A model generated the notes under the pieces. That model did no database searches. It worked only from the letters and a program-made list of their open reading frames with translations, and was not told the origin of the DNA. Of a stretch of 64,000 nt of DNA, positions 29,257 to 42,081 are shown in pieces. The first letter of the stretch is position 1, and each line of letters opens with the position of its first letter. A program made the position numbers and the translations under genes. The DNA comes from Spirochaetia bacterium (GTDB taxonomy: Bacteria > Spirochaetota > Spirochaetia > SZUA-6 > Bin103): assembly GCA_965203055.1 (NCBI GenBank), contig OZ241863.1, forward strand, positions 3,776,001 to 3,840,000, written 5' to 3'.

Positions 29257-30411
29257 CTACGCCGCTCCAATACGGTGCAGACGAGACACCAAGTCCCGGT
29301 AGGCGTCGATGACGCAACGCGCTCCGCGTTCGGCTTCTTCCGGCGTGTTGAGAACACCGAACGAGAATCGGAGCGAAGCGTATGCCTCCGTCTCCGAGAG
29401 GCCCATCGCGGTAAGCACGTGCGACGGCGTGGGCCGCGCGGTCGTACACGCGGAGCTCTGCGAGCAGTAGAGCTCGCGGTCGTCCAGGGCGGCGATGAGC
29501 ATCGTGCCGTCGATGTCGGGAAAGCGCAGATTCGAGGTATTCCCCACTCGGTGATGACGGTCACCGTTGACCGTCACCCCCGGTTCGGCGGCAAGGACCG
29601 CCTGCTCGAAGGTGTCGCGGCATGCCGTCAGCAAGGCGGTGACGCCGGTCAGGTCCCGCACTCGGTCCGCCGCGGCGGTGCCGAATCCGACGGCGCCGAT
29701 CAGATTTTCGGTGCCGCCGCGCAGACCCTGTTCCTGATCCCCCCCGCCGACGAGCGGCTGCAGCACCGACGGGTCGCGGGCGTACAGGGCGCCGCAGCCG
29801 GTCGGGCCGTGTATCTTGTGCGCGGTCACGCTCAACAGATCCGGGCCATGCTGCCGGCCGACGTCGACCGGGAGCTTGCCGAGCGCCTGCGCGGCGTCGC
29901 AGTGGTACAGGGCGCCGGCTTGATGACTGATCTCCGCTACCGCCTCCACCGGTTGGACGACGCCGGTTTCGTTGTTCACGGACTGCACGGACACGAGCGC
30001 GGTGTGCGCGTTGACCATATCGGCCAATCGATCAAGGTCGATGCGGCCGGATTTCGCTACCGGCGCTTCATGCACCACGTAGCCGCGCCGGCTGAGCAGC
30101 GCGGCGTTTGCCGTCACGGATGAGTGTTCGACCGCGCTGACGATGATCTCGTCGCGCTCCCCGCGGGTCTGCGCCGCGGCGACGGCCATGGCGTTCGCCT
30201 CCGACCCGCTCGCCACGAACAAGACGCATTCGGATCGCGCCCCGAGTGCCGCGGCCACCTGATCGCGCGCCTTCTCAAGCAGGGCGCGCGCCTCATGACC
30301 GAGGCGGTGCGGGCTTGACGGGTTGCCAACCGGACCGGCGATCAGCGATTCGACGCGGGCTCGCACGGCGGGGCTCAAGAACGTGGTAGCGTTGTTGTCG
30401 AGGTAGATCAT
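29257..30411 (-). CDS. sspA: Cysteine desulfurase (IscS/DndA/SspA-like)
   Basis: MIYLDNNATT, GNPSS.H, NNETGV, HCDAAQ, PLP lysine in HKIHGP, RGGTEN and catalytic Cys in SQSSAC. Confidence 0.9.
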   Translation of the reverse strand: MIYLDNNATTFLSPAVRARVESLIAGPVGNPSSPHRLGHEARALLEKARDQVAAALGARSECVLFVASGSEANAMAVAAAQTRGERDEIIVSAVEHSSVTANAALLSRRGYVVHEAPVAKSGRIDLDRLADMVNAHTALVSVQSVNNETGVVQPVEAVAEISHQAGALYHCDAAQALGKLPVDVGRQHGPDLLSVTAHKIHGPTGCGALYARDPSVLQPLVGGGDQEQGLRGGTENLIGAVGFGTAAADRVRDLTGVTALLTACRDTFEQAVLAAEPGVTVNGDRHHRVGNTSNLRFPDIDGTMLIAALDDRELYCSQSSACTTARPTPSHVLTAMGLSETEAYASLRFSFGVLNTPEEAERGARCVIDAYRDLVSRLHRIGAA

Positions 30412-30472
30412 CGTTTCATCGCCCGGCCAACCAAGACGGTATAGACCGTACCACATCGGTTTCTGGAAGTCA

Positions 30473-31927
30473 CTACGCCGGCCTTCCAGTAGACGCCGCC
30501 CACGCTCGCGGCCGCAGGTTGCGCTCGCGCACGATCAGGCCAAACGGTTCGTTATGCATCAGGACCCTCCTGCCCAATACAACGGCCCGTTCGTCCGTGC
30601 TGCCTTCATCGAAGCCGAGAATCTGCTTCCCGATGAGCAGTTCCGGCTCCGCGTTCGTCGAGTGGTCGAAGAATCGCACCTGCTGACTCTGCAGGTCGAT
30701 CTTCACCCGCGACCTCAGGCGCGGCCGCGCCTCCCGCACGTCGCTGAGCGAGAACAGGGAGAGGCGCGGCGATGTCTTGTGGATCTTGATCACGTCCGCG
30801 CGGTCGAGGTCGCCTGAGAACAACTCGCCAAGGCGCGCGTAGATCTGCAACGTGGGGTCAAGGGACGTCAGATCGCGCCGGGCGACGAAGTAGCCGTCGG
30901 CCGTATTCACCCCGACCGGAGCGTCCTCGCATAGCCGCGCCACCCGCTCCGCATCGCCCGCCGCGAACAGGTGCTCGTCGCTCAATTGCTTGAGGTGGCT
31001 GTAACTGCGGAAGTAGTAGCGAATGTCGTAGCGGGACGTGGCCGGCAGGTCGCGCAGCCGCGGCACCCCGCGGAACCGGCAGATCGCCATGAACGTCAGG
31101 AACTGATTGGTATGGCGGCGCCGTTGCTCCGCGAGCTGATCCTGCGCCAGCGCGCCGGAAGCTGCCTCCCACAGATCGGCAGGTGCAAGACCATACTCTG
31201 CGGCGACCGGCAGCGCGGCGGTTTCGCCGGCCGCGGGTGGACGAGCTCGGGCCGCCGCGAAGTCGACGTACGCCGACCACTCCTCCGCGTGCTCCGTCTG
31301 AAAGGCCGACATGAGTGCGGTTCGCAGCACGCGCTTGCGCTCCCGAGGGATGCCGCGGACGAGCGGCACGGAACGCTGAATGCGATTGAGCAGGAAGGCA
31401 TGGGCATCGGCGCTCTGTCTGAAGATCAGAAAGACGCCCGCTTCAAGCGGGATCGGCGCGACGCCGAGGACCTCTTCAAGGTACCGTCCCGCCTCTTCCT
31501 GGTGGTAGTACTTCTGAAAGGTCTGACGCGACGTAAGTAATCCGTCCCCATAGGGTTGCGCTTCCCCGGAATAGGTCGCGGAGCCGACCAGGACGGCGAC
31601 GCACAGGCATCCACCGGCGAGATCGAACGCCCGCCGCAGGGCGTCGGCCCGTTCGGCCGGCCGCTCGATGACGTTGAGCACGTACCCCAGGTTGACCACT
31701 GCCGCGCCGCGCCGCGCTTCGTCCGGCCGGTGCGCCGGGTCCCAGCCGTGCGCGTCGTAGCCGAGCGACCGCAGGAAGCGCACGTCGTCGCCGAGGCCGC
31801 AGCCGTAGTCGAAGAAGGTGTGTTCCGGCGTGAGGACGCCGTTGCCGATGAGCAGTTGCACGGGCCGGGACAGGTCCGATCGCGCTATCGCGGTCCGGTC
31901 ACGCCGTACTTCCACCGAGCTACCCAC
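30473..31927 (-). CDS. DNA phosphorothioation-associated putative methyltransferase (TIGR04096-like), catalytic part
   Basis: RTAIARSDLSRPV, SAM motif FDYGCGLGDD, GWDP, VVNLGYVLNVIE and DGLLTSRQTFQKYY. Confidence 0.85.
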   Translation of the reverse strand: MGSSVEVRRDRTAIARSDLSRPVQLLIGNGVLTPEHTFFDYGCGLGDDVRFLRSLGYDAHGWDPAHRPDEARRGAAVVNLGYVLNVIERPAERADALRRAFDLAGGCLCVAVLVGSATYSGEAQPYGDGLLTSRQTFQKYYHQEEAGRYLEEVLGVAPIPLEAGVFLIFRQSADAHAFLLNRIQRSVPLVRGIPRERKRVLRTALMSAFQTEHAEEWSAYVDFAAARARPPAAGETAALPVAAEYGLAPADLWEAASGALAQDQLAEQRRRHTNQFLTFMAICRFRGVPRLRDLPATSRYDIRYYFRSYSHLKQLSDEHLFAAGDAERVARLCEDAPVGVNTADGYFVARRDLTSLDPTLQIYARLGELFSGDLDRADVIKIHKTSPRLSLFSLSDVREARPRLRSRVKIDLQSQQVRFFDHSTNAEPELLIGKQILGFDEGSTDERAVVLGRRVLMHNEPFGLIVRERNLRPRAWAASTGRPA

Positions 31928-32447
31928 CCGTGCGCAACAACTTGTGGTCCCGGATCGTCAAGCCGCGCCGTTCGAGCTGCCTCGACCACCCACGTTCGTG
32001 CCCGATGGTGTTCGGTTCCGAGAACAGCCCGGCCCGCTCCTCCTGACCGGTGAGCGCCGCGAAGCGCCGGTGGTCCGGGTCCGATGCATCTATCAGCAGC
32101 TCCTTGCGATGCAGGATCGGGCGGTTGCCGTTCGGTGGGTACCGTCGTATGCGTGCCGTACCCTCCTCGAGGTCGATACTTGCCGCGACCGCCAGCGCCG
32201 GATGCTCGTCGTCGAGGAACTTCGGGTAGTGGAGCAGAGAGACCTGCTTCCGGTGCGGCGAAAGTTTGCAGACGTTCCACGGGAACGCAGCCCCGGCCGC
32301 GACCGCCCACGAGCGCACCGCGGCCAACAAGTCCGCATCGTGCCGCTCAAGGGCATCGCGATGAAGATACACGGCTCCGCCGACGCGCTTCCCCACCGGC
32401 AGCCGCCGCACACGCTCCGCAAGAACCTCCGGAGTGATGCTCCCCAC
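31920..32447 (-). CDS. N-terminal domain of the PT-associated methyltransferase (separate ORF or frameshifted part)
   Basis: GKRVGGAVYLH, VSLLHYPKF...HPAL and NRPILHRKELLI. 8-nt overlap with the MTase ORF. Confidence 0.75.
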   Translation of the reverse strand: MGSITPEVLAERVRRLPVGKRVGGAVYLHRDALERHDADLLAAVRSWAVAAGAAFPWNVCKLSPHRKQVSLLHYPKFLDDEHPALAVAASIDLEEGTARIRRYPPNGNRPILHRKELLIDASDPDHRRFAALTGQEERAGLFSEPNTIGHERGWSRQLERRGLTIRDHKLLRTGG

Positions 32448-32511
32448 GCCCCCCGGAGTCTACTACGCCGCCCGCGCCCGCTTCGAGTGGATTCTTAGAT
32501 GAGGCACCACG

Positions 32512-32970
32512 TCAGCCGCCTCCGTCCAGCCGATGCGCGGACGATGGCGGACCGTCAAGTGCCAGGACGGTCAGCAATTCGTCTGCCGTCACGATAGACA
32601 CCGGCGCTGCCCGAAAGCCGTCATGGTCGCGCGTGACGAGGTAATCGGCGCCGCATCGACGTGCGCAGCAGAGTTGAACGGCGTCCTCGAAGTCGGCGCC
32701 GTTCGCGGCCAACGCCTCATCAAGGAGCCGAGTATCCACCTCGACGGGGCGAAATACCGATCGGATCATCTGCAGTGATCGATAGGCCGGATCGGCGCCA
32801 CCGTGCCTGCGTGCAATGTAGAACACGTTGTTGAAGCTGATGGCAGACACGAAACCGTGGTGAGCGCCGGTCTCCACCAGTGTCCATACCCGAGCCGACG
32901 ATCGGTAGAACGGCTCCCGCTGCAACAGCACGTCGAGCAGAACATTCGTATCCAGGAAGAGCCGGAGAAT
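32512..32970 (-). CDS. PIN-domain (VapC-like) toxin
   Basis: The frame extends upstream of the tracked ORF as ILRLFLDTNVLLDVL; also DFEDAVQ and LVTRD. No ATG/GTG found before the DTN motif (ATT at 32970). Confidence 0.85.
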   Translation of the reverse strand: MLRLFLDTNVLLDVLLQREPFYRSSARVWTLVETGAHHGFVSAISFNNVFYIARRHGGADPAYRSLQMIRSVFRPVEVDTRLLDEALAANGADFEDAVQLCCARRCGADYLVTRDHDGFRAAPVSIVTADELLTVLALDGPPSSAHRLDGGG

Positions 32971-32972
32971 GG

Positions 32973-33245
32973 CTACGCTCCGTGAGCGGGGCGGTGCAGG
33001 TACTTCTCCTCCAGCGCCTCTTCGATCAGCTCCCGGTCGGATCGATGCGAGTGCTGCGGCACCAGCCCGCTCGCCTGCTTGGTTATCGGTCCAAGATCGG
33101 TTGGATCGGCCGTCCGTACCCGATCGAGCGCGCGTATCACCTGCGCAAACAGCGCCGAGACCGTCATCCGGCGGGACTTCGCCAGCCGCTTCGCCAAAGC
33201 GACCAGCTCTTCCTCAGCACTCAAAGTCAGTTTCACTCGACTCAT
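32973..33245 (-). CDS. Antitoxin (DUF6364/RHH-like)
   Basis: MSRVKLTLSAEEELVALAKRLAKSRRMTVSALF...GPITKQASGLV...EEALEEKY. Directly upstream of the PIN gene. Confidence 0.8.
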   Translation of the reverse strand: MSRVKLTLSAEEELVALAKRLAKSRRMTVSALFAQVIRALDRVRTADPTDLGPITKQASGLVPQHSHRSDRELIEEALEEKYLHRPAHGA

Positions 33246-33327
33246 ATACGTATCATGGCGACATGGAGATACGTATGCAACCGCGCGCAGTGCCGAACAC
33301 AGATCGACAACGCGCAGTTTGGCTGAT

Positions 33328-36522
<3,195 letters not shown>

Positions 36523-36592
36523 GGTGAGGCGAACCTATCGCCCGCTCGGTTGCCGGGTCAAGGCGCGCCCGGCGCGCCCGGCGTGCGGACAG

Positions 36593-37611
36593 TCAGCGGA
36601 AGCTGCTCAGCTCCACCATGGCGCGGGTCTGGCGATGCCGCAGCGGCTCGCCGGCGAACAGGCGCGCGGCGTCGTCGAGCACCCAGCGCAACTGATAGCG
36701 CACCGAACCGCTGACCGCCCCCGCCACGTGCGGCGACAGGGTCAGGTGCGGGCAGCCGATCAGCGGCGAGTCGGGCGGCGGCGGTTCCGGGTCGGTCACG
36801 TCGAGAAACGCCCAGATGCGGCGCCGATGCAGCTCGGCGACCAGCGCCTCCTGATCGACCAGCGGTCCGCGCGAGGTGTTGATGAAGATCGCGCCGTCGC
36901 GCAGCAGCGCCAGCCGCGCGGCGTTCACCAGGTGGCGGGTCTGGTCGTTGTTGGGGGCGTGCACGCTCACCACGTCCGATTCGGCGAACAGCTCGTCCAG
37001 CTCCCGCTTCTCGGCGCCCAGCGCGGCGGCGCGCGCGGCGTCCACGAACGGATCCGCCAGCAGCAGGCGCACCTGATAATGGCGCAGCAAGGCCAGCACC
37101 CGGCGGCCTACCTCGCCGGCGCCGATGACGCCGACGGTGATGCCGCGCACATCGGACGCGGGGCGGTGCAGCTCGATCTGCCGCCACCTCCCGCGCGCGG
37201 TCTGCGGGGCCGTCTCCATCAGCGAGCGGCGCCCGATCACGATCAGCGCGGCGGTGTACTGCGCCACCTCTTCGGCTATGGCGCCGGCGGCGTTGACCAC
37301 CGGGATGGCGCGCTCCCAGACCGCGGCCGAGAGATAGGGGCGCACCGTCCCGGCGGCGTGGGCGATGATGCGCAGGCCGGGCGCCGCGTCCAGCAGCTCG
37401 GCGGTCAGCGGCGGCGAGCCCCAGCAGGTGACGCACCCGTCCGCCCCGGCCAACAGCTCCCGCGCGGCCGCGGCGTCCACGCCGTTCCCGGCTCCGGGCG
37501 CGGCGCCGGCCGGCGGAACCGCAGCCGATCCTCGTAGCGCGCGAACTCATCCGCCAGCAGCACCCGCGGGTTGTCGTTGAGTACCGCGATCAGCGGCTTG
37601 CCGGCAGCCAT
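36593..37611 (-). CDS. D-isomer-specific 2-hydroxyacid dehydrogenase (apparent frameshift near 37490-37520)
   Basis: TCWGSP, VGVIGAGEVG, FINTSRG, LDVTDPEP and SPHVAG. ATG 37611 with AAGGAG RBS is in a different frame from the body. Confidence 0.82.
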
Positions 37612-37628
37612 GGCGCCTGCAGGCTCCT

Positions 37629-38849
37629 TCAGAATCCCCAGTCGAAGTGCGGTTCGGGCAGCGCCAGGGCGGCGTCCAGCTCCGCCAGCAGGTCCGCGGG
37701 GCCGCTGAGGTCGTCGGTAATCGCCACCGAGACCGCCGGCCGCGCGCCGAGCCACACCCGCGAAAAGGCCCCCACGCCGGCCCGCAGGGTCGGCAGGTCG
37801 GGGTCGCTGCCCGGCTCCGCGCGGGACACGGCCCCCAGCCGTACGCGATACGCGCCGGCGATGCCGCGCCAGCCGTCCTGCGGCAGGAACCGGGCTATCG
37901 GATCGCGCAACTCCAGGTTGAACGCCAGCTCGGAGCGCGCCTGCAACGCCGCGATGCAGGCCGGCAGGTCCAGAATCCGTACCTGATAGCTGGCATCGCT
38001 CCACATGCGGTGCTCGTGCGCCGCGCGGTGGGTGTGGTGGCGGTTGCGGAACGGCCACTGCAGCAGGTCCTGGAACTGGATCTGCGGCGGTTCCTGCAGC
38101 CACACGTGCTGCACCTGGTCGGCCAGGTTGTGCAGCAGGCTCAACAGTTCCAGCAACTGGCCGCTGCTCTCGTAAGCCAGCCACCATACCGAGTAGGGGC
38201 CGCTCTCCCCCTTGGCCTCGGCCCAGAAGTAATGGGTAATGCGTTCGCCGTCGCGGTAGCCGAGCCCGAAGCCGTTGTCCGCTTCGCTCATCGCGCCCCG
38301 GGTGACGGCGGGATGGTGCAGATTGACGCCGCCGTGCGGGCGCAGGCGCCGCAGGCGGCAGGCATGCGCCTCTTCCGCGTCTTCCGCGGTGATGCGCTCC
38401 GGCGGGCGCGCCCGCTGCGGGACGCGCAGGGTGGCCGGGTCGAAGGTCACCGAATGGTCATAGCCCATGGTCCCGAAGCCGAGCAGGTTGTAGAACCCCT
38501 GGTCGAACATGCTCAGGCCGGCCACCGCGGCGCCGCGCAGCGCGGCGTCGGCTACCGCGGTGGCGGTAGTGCGCCCGGCCAGCCCCTGGCGCCGCGCTAC
38601 GCGGCTGGTGGTGACTGCGGCTACCCCGGCAAACGGCAACTCCCGCTCCTGGTAGCGCAGGTCGCCGTCGCTGATCAGGACCCCGCACTCGGCGGCGCCG
38701 GCGAGCTCGGCCACGAAGCCGCGGCTGCCGCTGACGAAGGTGTCGAAGCTCTGCTCCTTCTCCTCCTCCTTGCCGAGCCAGCCCACTTCGCGATGGACGC
38801 GAATCAGGGCGGCGCGGTCGCGCTGGTGATCGTAGCGGCGAATGATCAT
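37629..38849 (-). CDS. Eis-like GNAT acetyltransferase
   Basis: VAAVTTSRVARRQGLA acetyl-CoA motif, FYNLLGFG, SCP2-like C-terminus; 406 aa. Confidence 0.82.
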   Translation of the reverse strand: MIIRRYDHQRDRAALIRVHREVGWLGKEEEKEQSFDTFVSGSRGFVAELAGAAECGVLISDGDLRYQERELPFAGVAAVTTSRVARRQGLAGRTTATAVADAALRGAAVAGLSMFDQGFYNLLGFGTMGYDHSVTFDPATLRVPQRARPPERITAEDAEEAHACRLRRLRPHGGVNLHHPAVTRGAMSEADNGFGLGYRDGERITHYFWAEAKGESGPYSVWWLAYESSGQLLELLSLLHNLADQVQHVWLQEPPQIQFQDLLQWPFRNRHHTHRAAHEHRMWSDASYQVRILDLPACIAALQARSELAFNLELRDPIARFLPQDGWRGIAGAYRVRLGAVSRAEPGSDPDLPTLRAGVGAFSRVWLGARPAVSVAITDDLSGPADLLAELDAALALPEPHFDWGF

Positions 38850-40306
38850 GCGACGCTGACCTCAGGTTTGCCGGCGCCGTCGTGGCCGGCAGGACCGACC
38901 GGGGCGGCGGCAGGTTCCGGCGGCTTGCCGGGTCCTCGTCCGCCCGCCGGGGCCGGCGGAGCCGCGGCCAAGCCGGCAAAGGTGCGCTGCAACAGCAGGA
39001 AGCCGATCCCGAAGGCGACCAGGTTGGCGGCCACGACCGCCCACCACACGCCGGCCGCGGAGTCGGCTCCGCCGCCGCGGGTAACCAGCAGCGCGCCGCC
39101 CACCAGAATGGCTACCCGGATGGCGGAGACGGCAAAGCCGCGCCACGACTTGCCCAGCGCCTGGAACGAGCTGACCACCACGAACAGCGCCGCCACCACG
39201 CCGTAGGTGAGCGGTACCGTCGCCAGGTAGGAGCGGGCGTAGCCGGCAACCGCGAAATCGGCCGCGAACGCCTCCACGATCACGCCGCGCAACGCCAACG
39301 CGCCGGCGCCCACCAGCGAGCCGATGACGAAGCCGAACAGCATTCCGGTCCGGTACGCCGCGCGGGCGCGGTCCGGGCGGCGGCCGCCAAGATTCTGGCC
39401 GATCAGCGCGAGCGCGGCGACCGCGAAGCCGATCGCCGGCAGGAACGAGAAGAACTCGATGCGCAGGCCGATCGACAGCCCCACCACTCCCGCTTCCAGG
39501 AACGCCGCCGCCACCAGGGCGTTGAGCACCGCCAGCGCGGCCGGGTTGAGCAGGTTGGTCAGCGCCGCCGGGAAGCCGATGGCCAGCACCCGGCGCACCG
39601 AGCGGAGGCGAAACACGAGGTTCCGAAAGCGGAACTTCACCAGCATGTCGCGCTGGTGGAGCAGCGTGATGCCGGCGGTTACCAGCAGGAGCTGCGAGAT
39701 GAGGGTCGCGAAGGCGGCGCCGCGCACGCCGAACGCCGGAATGCCGAGGCCGCCGAAGATCAACAGGGGATCGAGGGCCGCGTTGATGGTGGTGGAGATG
39801 GCGAACAGCCAAGTCACCGTGGTGTTGTCGCCCTGCGAGTTGAAGCCGAAGATCACGGCGAAGAACACGAACATGAGCACCGAACCGCCGGCGACGATGG
39901 TGAAGTAGTCCACCGCCAGGGGCAGGATGTCGCCGGTGGCGCCGGTAAGGGTCAGCAGTTGCCGGCGCAGGAGGAGGCACAGCGTGGTGAAGACCGCGGC
40001 GGCGATAAGATTCAGCACGAACGACTGGCCGAGCACCCGTTCGGCCTCGTGGAGGTCGCGGCGGCCGATGCTCATGGCCATTACCACGCCGGAGCCAACG
40101 GTGATGCCGATGGTCAGGGAGACCATCACGAACAGGGTGATCTGCGATACCGTCACCGCGGCGATGGCGCTGGCGGAAACCCGGCTCACCCAGAACGCGT
40201 CCACGAGCTGATAGAGGGTCTGGAAGAAGATGGAGAGCATCACCGGCCAGGCCAGCGACCAGCTCAGGGCGGGGATCGATCCGGTGGTGAGGTTGCGTCC
40301 GCGCAC
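38846..40306 (-). CDS. MATE family efflux transporter
   Basis: NLTTGSI..LAWPVM..QTLYQLVDAFWV, NAALDPLLIFG...GVRGAAFAT, GQNLGG; about 12 hydrophobic segments. Confidence 0.92.
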   Translation of the reverse strand: MRGRNLTTGSIPALSWSLAWPVMLSIFFQTLYQLVDAFWVSRVSASAIAAVTVSQITLFVMVSLTIGITVGSGVVMAMSIGRRDLHEAERVLGQSFVLNLIAAAVFTTLCLLLRRQLLTLTGATGDILPLAVDYFTIVAGGSVLMFVFFAVIFGFNSQGDNTTVTWLFAISTTINAALDPLLIFGGLGIPAFGVRGAAFATLISQLLLVTAGITLLHQRDMLVKFRFRNLVFRLRSVRRVLAIGFPAALTNLLNPAALAVLNALVAAAFLEAGVVGLSIGLRIEFFSFLPAIGFAVAALALIGQNLGGRRPDRARAAYRTGMLFGFVIGSLVGAGALALRGVIVEAFAADFAVAGYARSYLATVPLTYGVVAALFVVVSSFQALGKSWRGFAVSAIRVAILVGGALLVTRGGGADSAAGVWWAVVAANLVAFGIGFLLLQRTFAGLAAAPPAPAGGRGPGKPPEPAAAPVGPAGHDGAGKPEVSVA

Positions 40307-40418
40307 GGCCGCCGTAACCTACCACCGATCGGCGCCGGCGAGCAAACGAACCCCGGAGGGGACCGGCGCGGCGACCGATTGACAGCCCCCGCCATCGAAT
40401 CCACCGTTGGGGCCCATC

Positions 40419-41033
40419 ATGGAACGGGTCTTCATCTACTGGGACAACTCGAACATCTTCATCAGCGCGCAACAGGTAGCGATCGATCGCGAAGGCGAGT
40501 CGGCCCGCTACCGGATGCGCATCCATTTTCAGAATCTGTTGAAGTTGGCATGCGCGGACCGTCCGATCGAGCATGCCATCGCCGTCGGCTCCATTCCCCC
40601 CGAGTTGAGACACGTCTGGAATCGAATGGAAAACGAAGGGGTGACCGTGCAACTCCTCGAACGCGGCGAGATGCACCACCGGGAACAAGGAGTCGATCAG
40701 GCGCTGCAGACGGCGATGTTGCGCGACGCCTTCGACTACAACGGCAATCCCGGCATAGCGGTGATGCTCACCGGTGACGGCAGCGGGTTCGATGACGGCG
40801 TGGGCTTTCACGCCGACCTCGAACGCATGCGCCGGCGCGGGTGGCGCGTCGAGGTTCTGTCGTGGCGGCATAGTTGCAACCGCGGCATGCGCCGCTGGGC
40901 GGAGCAGAACGGCATCTTCGTCGCGCTGGACGACTACTACCAGAGCGTGACGTTCCTGGAGCCGCCGGCGCCCGGCCGGCCGCTGGCGGAGCCGCGCGCG
41001 GCGCGGCCGGTCGACCTCAGCCGGCGTTCTTGA
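40419..41033 (+). CDS. NYN (LabA/DUF88) domain protein
   Basis: FIYWDNSNI, EQGVDQAL, LTGDG and GWRVEVLSW. Confidence 0.85.
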   Translation: MERVFIYWDNSNIFISAQQVAIDREGESARYRMRIHFQNLLKLACADRPIEHAIAVGSIPPELRHVWNRMENEGVTVQLLERGEMHHREQGVDQALQTAMLRDAFDYNGNPGIAVMLTGDGSGFDDGVGFHADLERMRRRGWRVEVLSWRHSCNRGMRRWAEQNGIFVALDDYYQSVTFLEPPAPGRPLAEPRAARPVDLSRRS

Positions 41034-41619
41034 AGGACAAGGCGCCGAGTCTATCGGCGGCGGCGCTCAGGTTCAGCGCCGCGCGGCGCGCGGCGGGAGA
41101 CATCTTGCGCCATGTCCTGGTGAGGATGGAGGTCACCTTCTCCGCCGGGTGCTTGGCGGCGAACTCGCTCAGGTAGCTGTCCAGGAACACCAGGCAGGCG
41201 ACATCCTCCAGTGCCTGCACGTCGCTGTCCGCGCCGGCCGCGGCCAACCCTTCCTTGCGCAGCAGGGCTGCCACGACCGCCGCCGCCGCGGGATCGTAGC
41301 CCGCTTCCCGCATCAGTTGCGCGGCCCGCCGGGCGTGGTGGCCGGCGGCCGCGGTGCGCCAGCGCAGGTACCCGCGGCGCCCGGCCGGGAACCGGTCGCG
41401 CGGCATCGTCCAGCGTTCCAGGTGCTGCGCGCGAACCGCGATGCGCAGGGTCTCCGAGGCGTCCGGTCGCAGCCGCTCCAGCCAGGCGCTCATGCGCTGC
41501 GCGTAGAGTAGCTCCCTGGGGTGTTCGACGCCCGCGGCCGTCTCGGTGTTGGGGTCCGCGCGGTTGGCCGAGTCGATCCGCCTGAGAACATCTTCCAGCC
41601 GCCGGCTCGGGTCGCCCAT
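41017..41619 (-). CDS. DUF4202 domain protein
   Basis: IDSANRADPN, ELLYAQRM, RAQHLERW..PR, GYLRWR, QALEDVACLVFL and TWRKMS. Confidence 0.85.
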   Translation of the reverse strand: MGDPSRRLEDVLRRIDSANRADPNTETAAGVEHPRELLYAQRMSAWLERLRPDASETLRIAVRAQHLERWTMPRDRFPAGRRGYLRWRTAAAGHHARRAAQLMREAGYDPAAAAVVAALLRKEGLAAAGADSDVQALEDVACLVFLDSYLSEFAAKHPAEKVTSILTRTWRKMSPAARRAALNLSAAADRLGALSFKNAG

Positions 41620-41738
41620 GACGCAGCATGATAGCAGGCCGCCGGGGGCGGCGGCGCGGCAACTGCGGCAAGTAGCTTTCTCCGCTACCGGTCGAGTCGG
41701 GTAACAGAAACGTGGCTGGCCCACCTGGATTGCCTCAT

Positions 41739-41933
41739 CTAGCCAGTAGGTGGCTGCTCCCCTACACCCTGTTCGAGGGTGATCTGTCCACGCCGCACGG
41801 TCAGCTCGTCCTGCATGAACGAGTTGTCCTCGACGTACTTACCGATCAGGGACGCCTCCGTTTCCGCCTCATCCTCTACGACGACCGCCGCGATAAGCAG
41901 CAGCCCCATTGACGATGATCTTCTTTCACCATC
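41739..41933 (-). pseudogene. Degenerate small secreted-protein gene (array member)
   Basis: Strong RBS GGAGGAGGAG. Removing two single-A insertions gives MKKIIVMGLLLIAAVV..., a signal-peptide-like start. Confidence 0.4.
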
Positions 41934-41960
41934 TCCTCCTCCGGGAAGTGGTCCCGGTAT

Positions 41961-42003
41961 GCCTCTCGCGGGGAATCGAACCCGCCGTGCTCCAAGAGGA
42001 GGC
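41961..42003 (-). ncRNA. Degenerate tRNA-like mini element (copy C)
   Basis: Minus strand GCCTC CTC-TTG-GAG CACG GCGGG TTCGATT CCCCGC GA GAGGC, followed by the leader ATACCGGGACCACTTCCCGG shared with copy B. Confidence 0.5.
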
Positions 42004-42081
42004 TGAAATCACCCTTGATCCCATTCCCATATCAAAGTGGCCTTGTGCTCTACTCCGGTGTGCAGGAATCGAACCCCGCTT

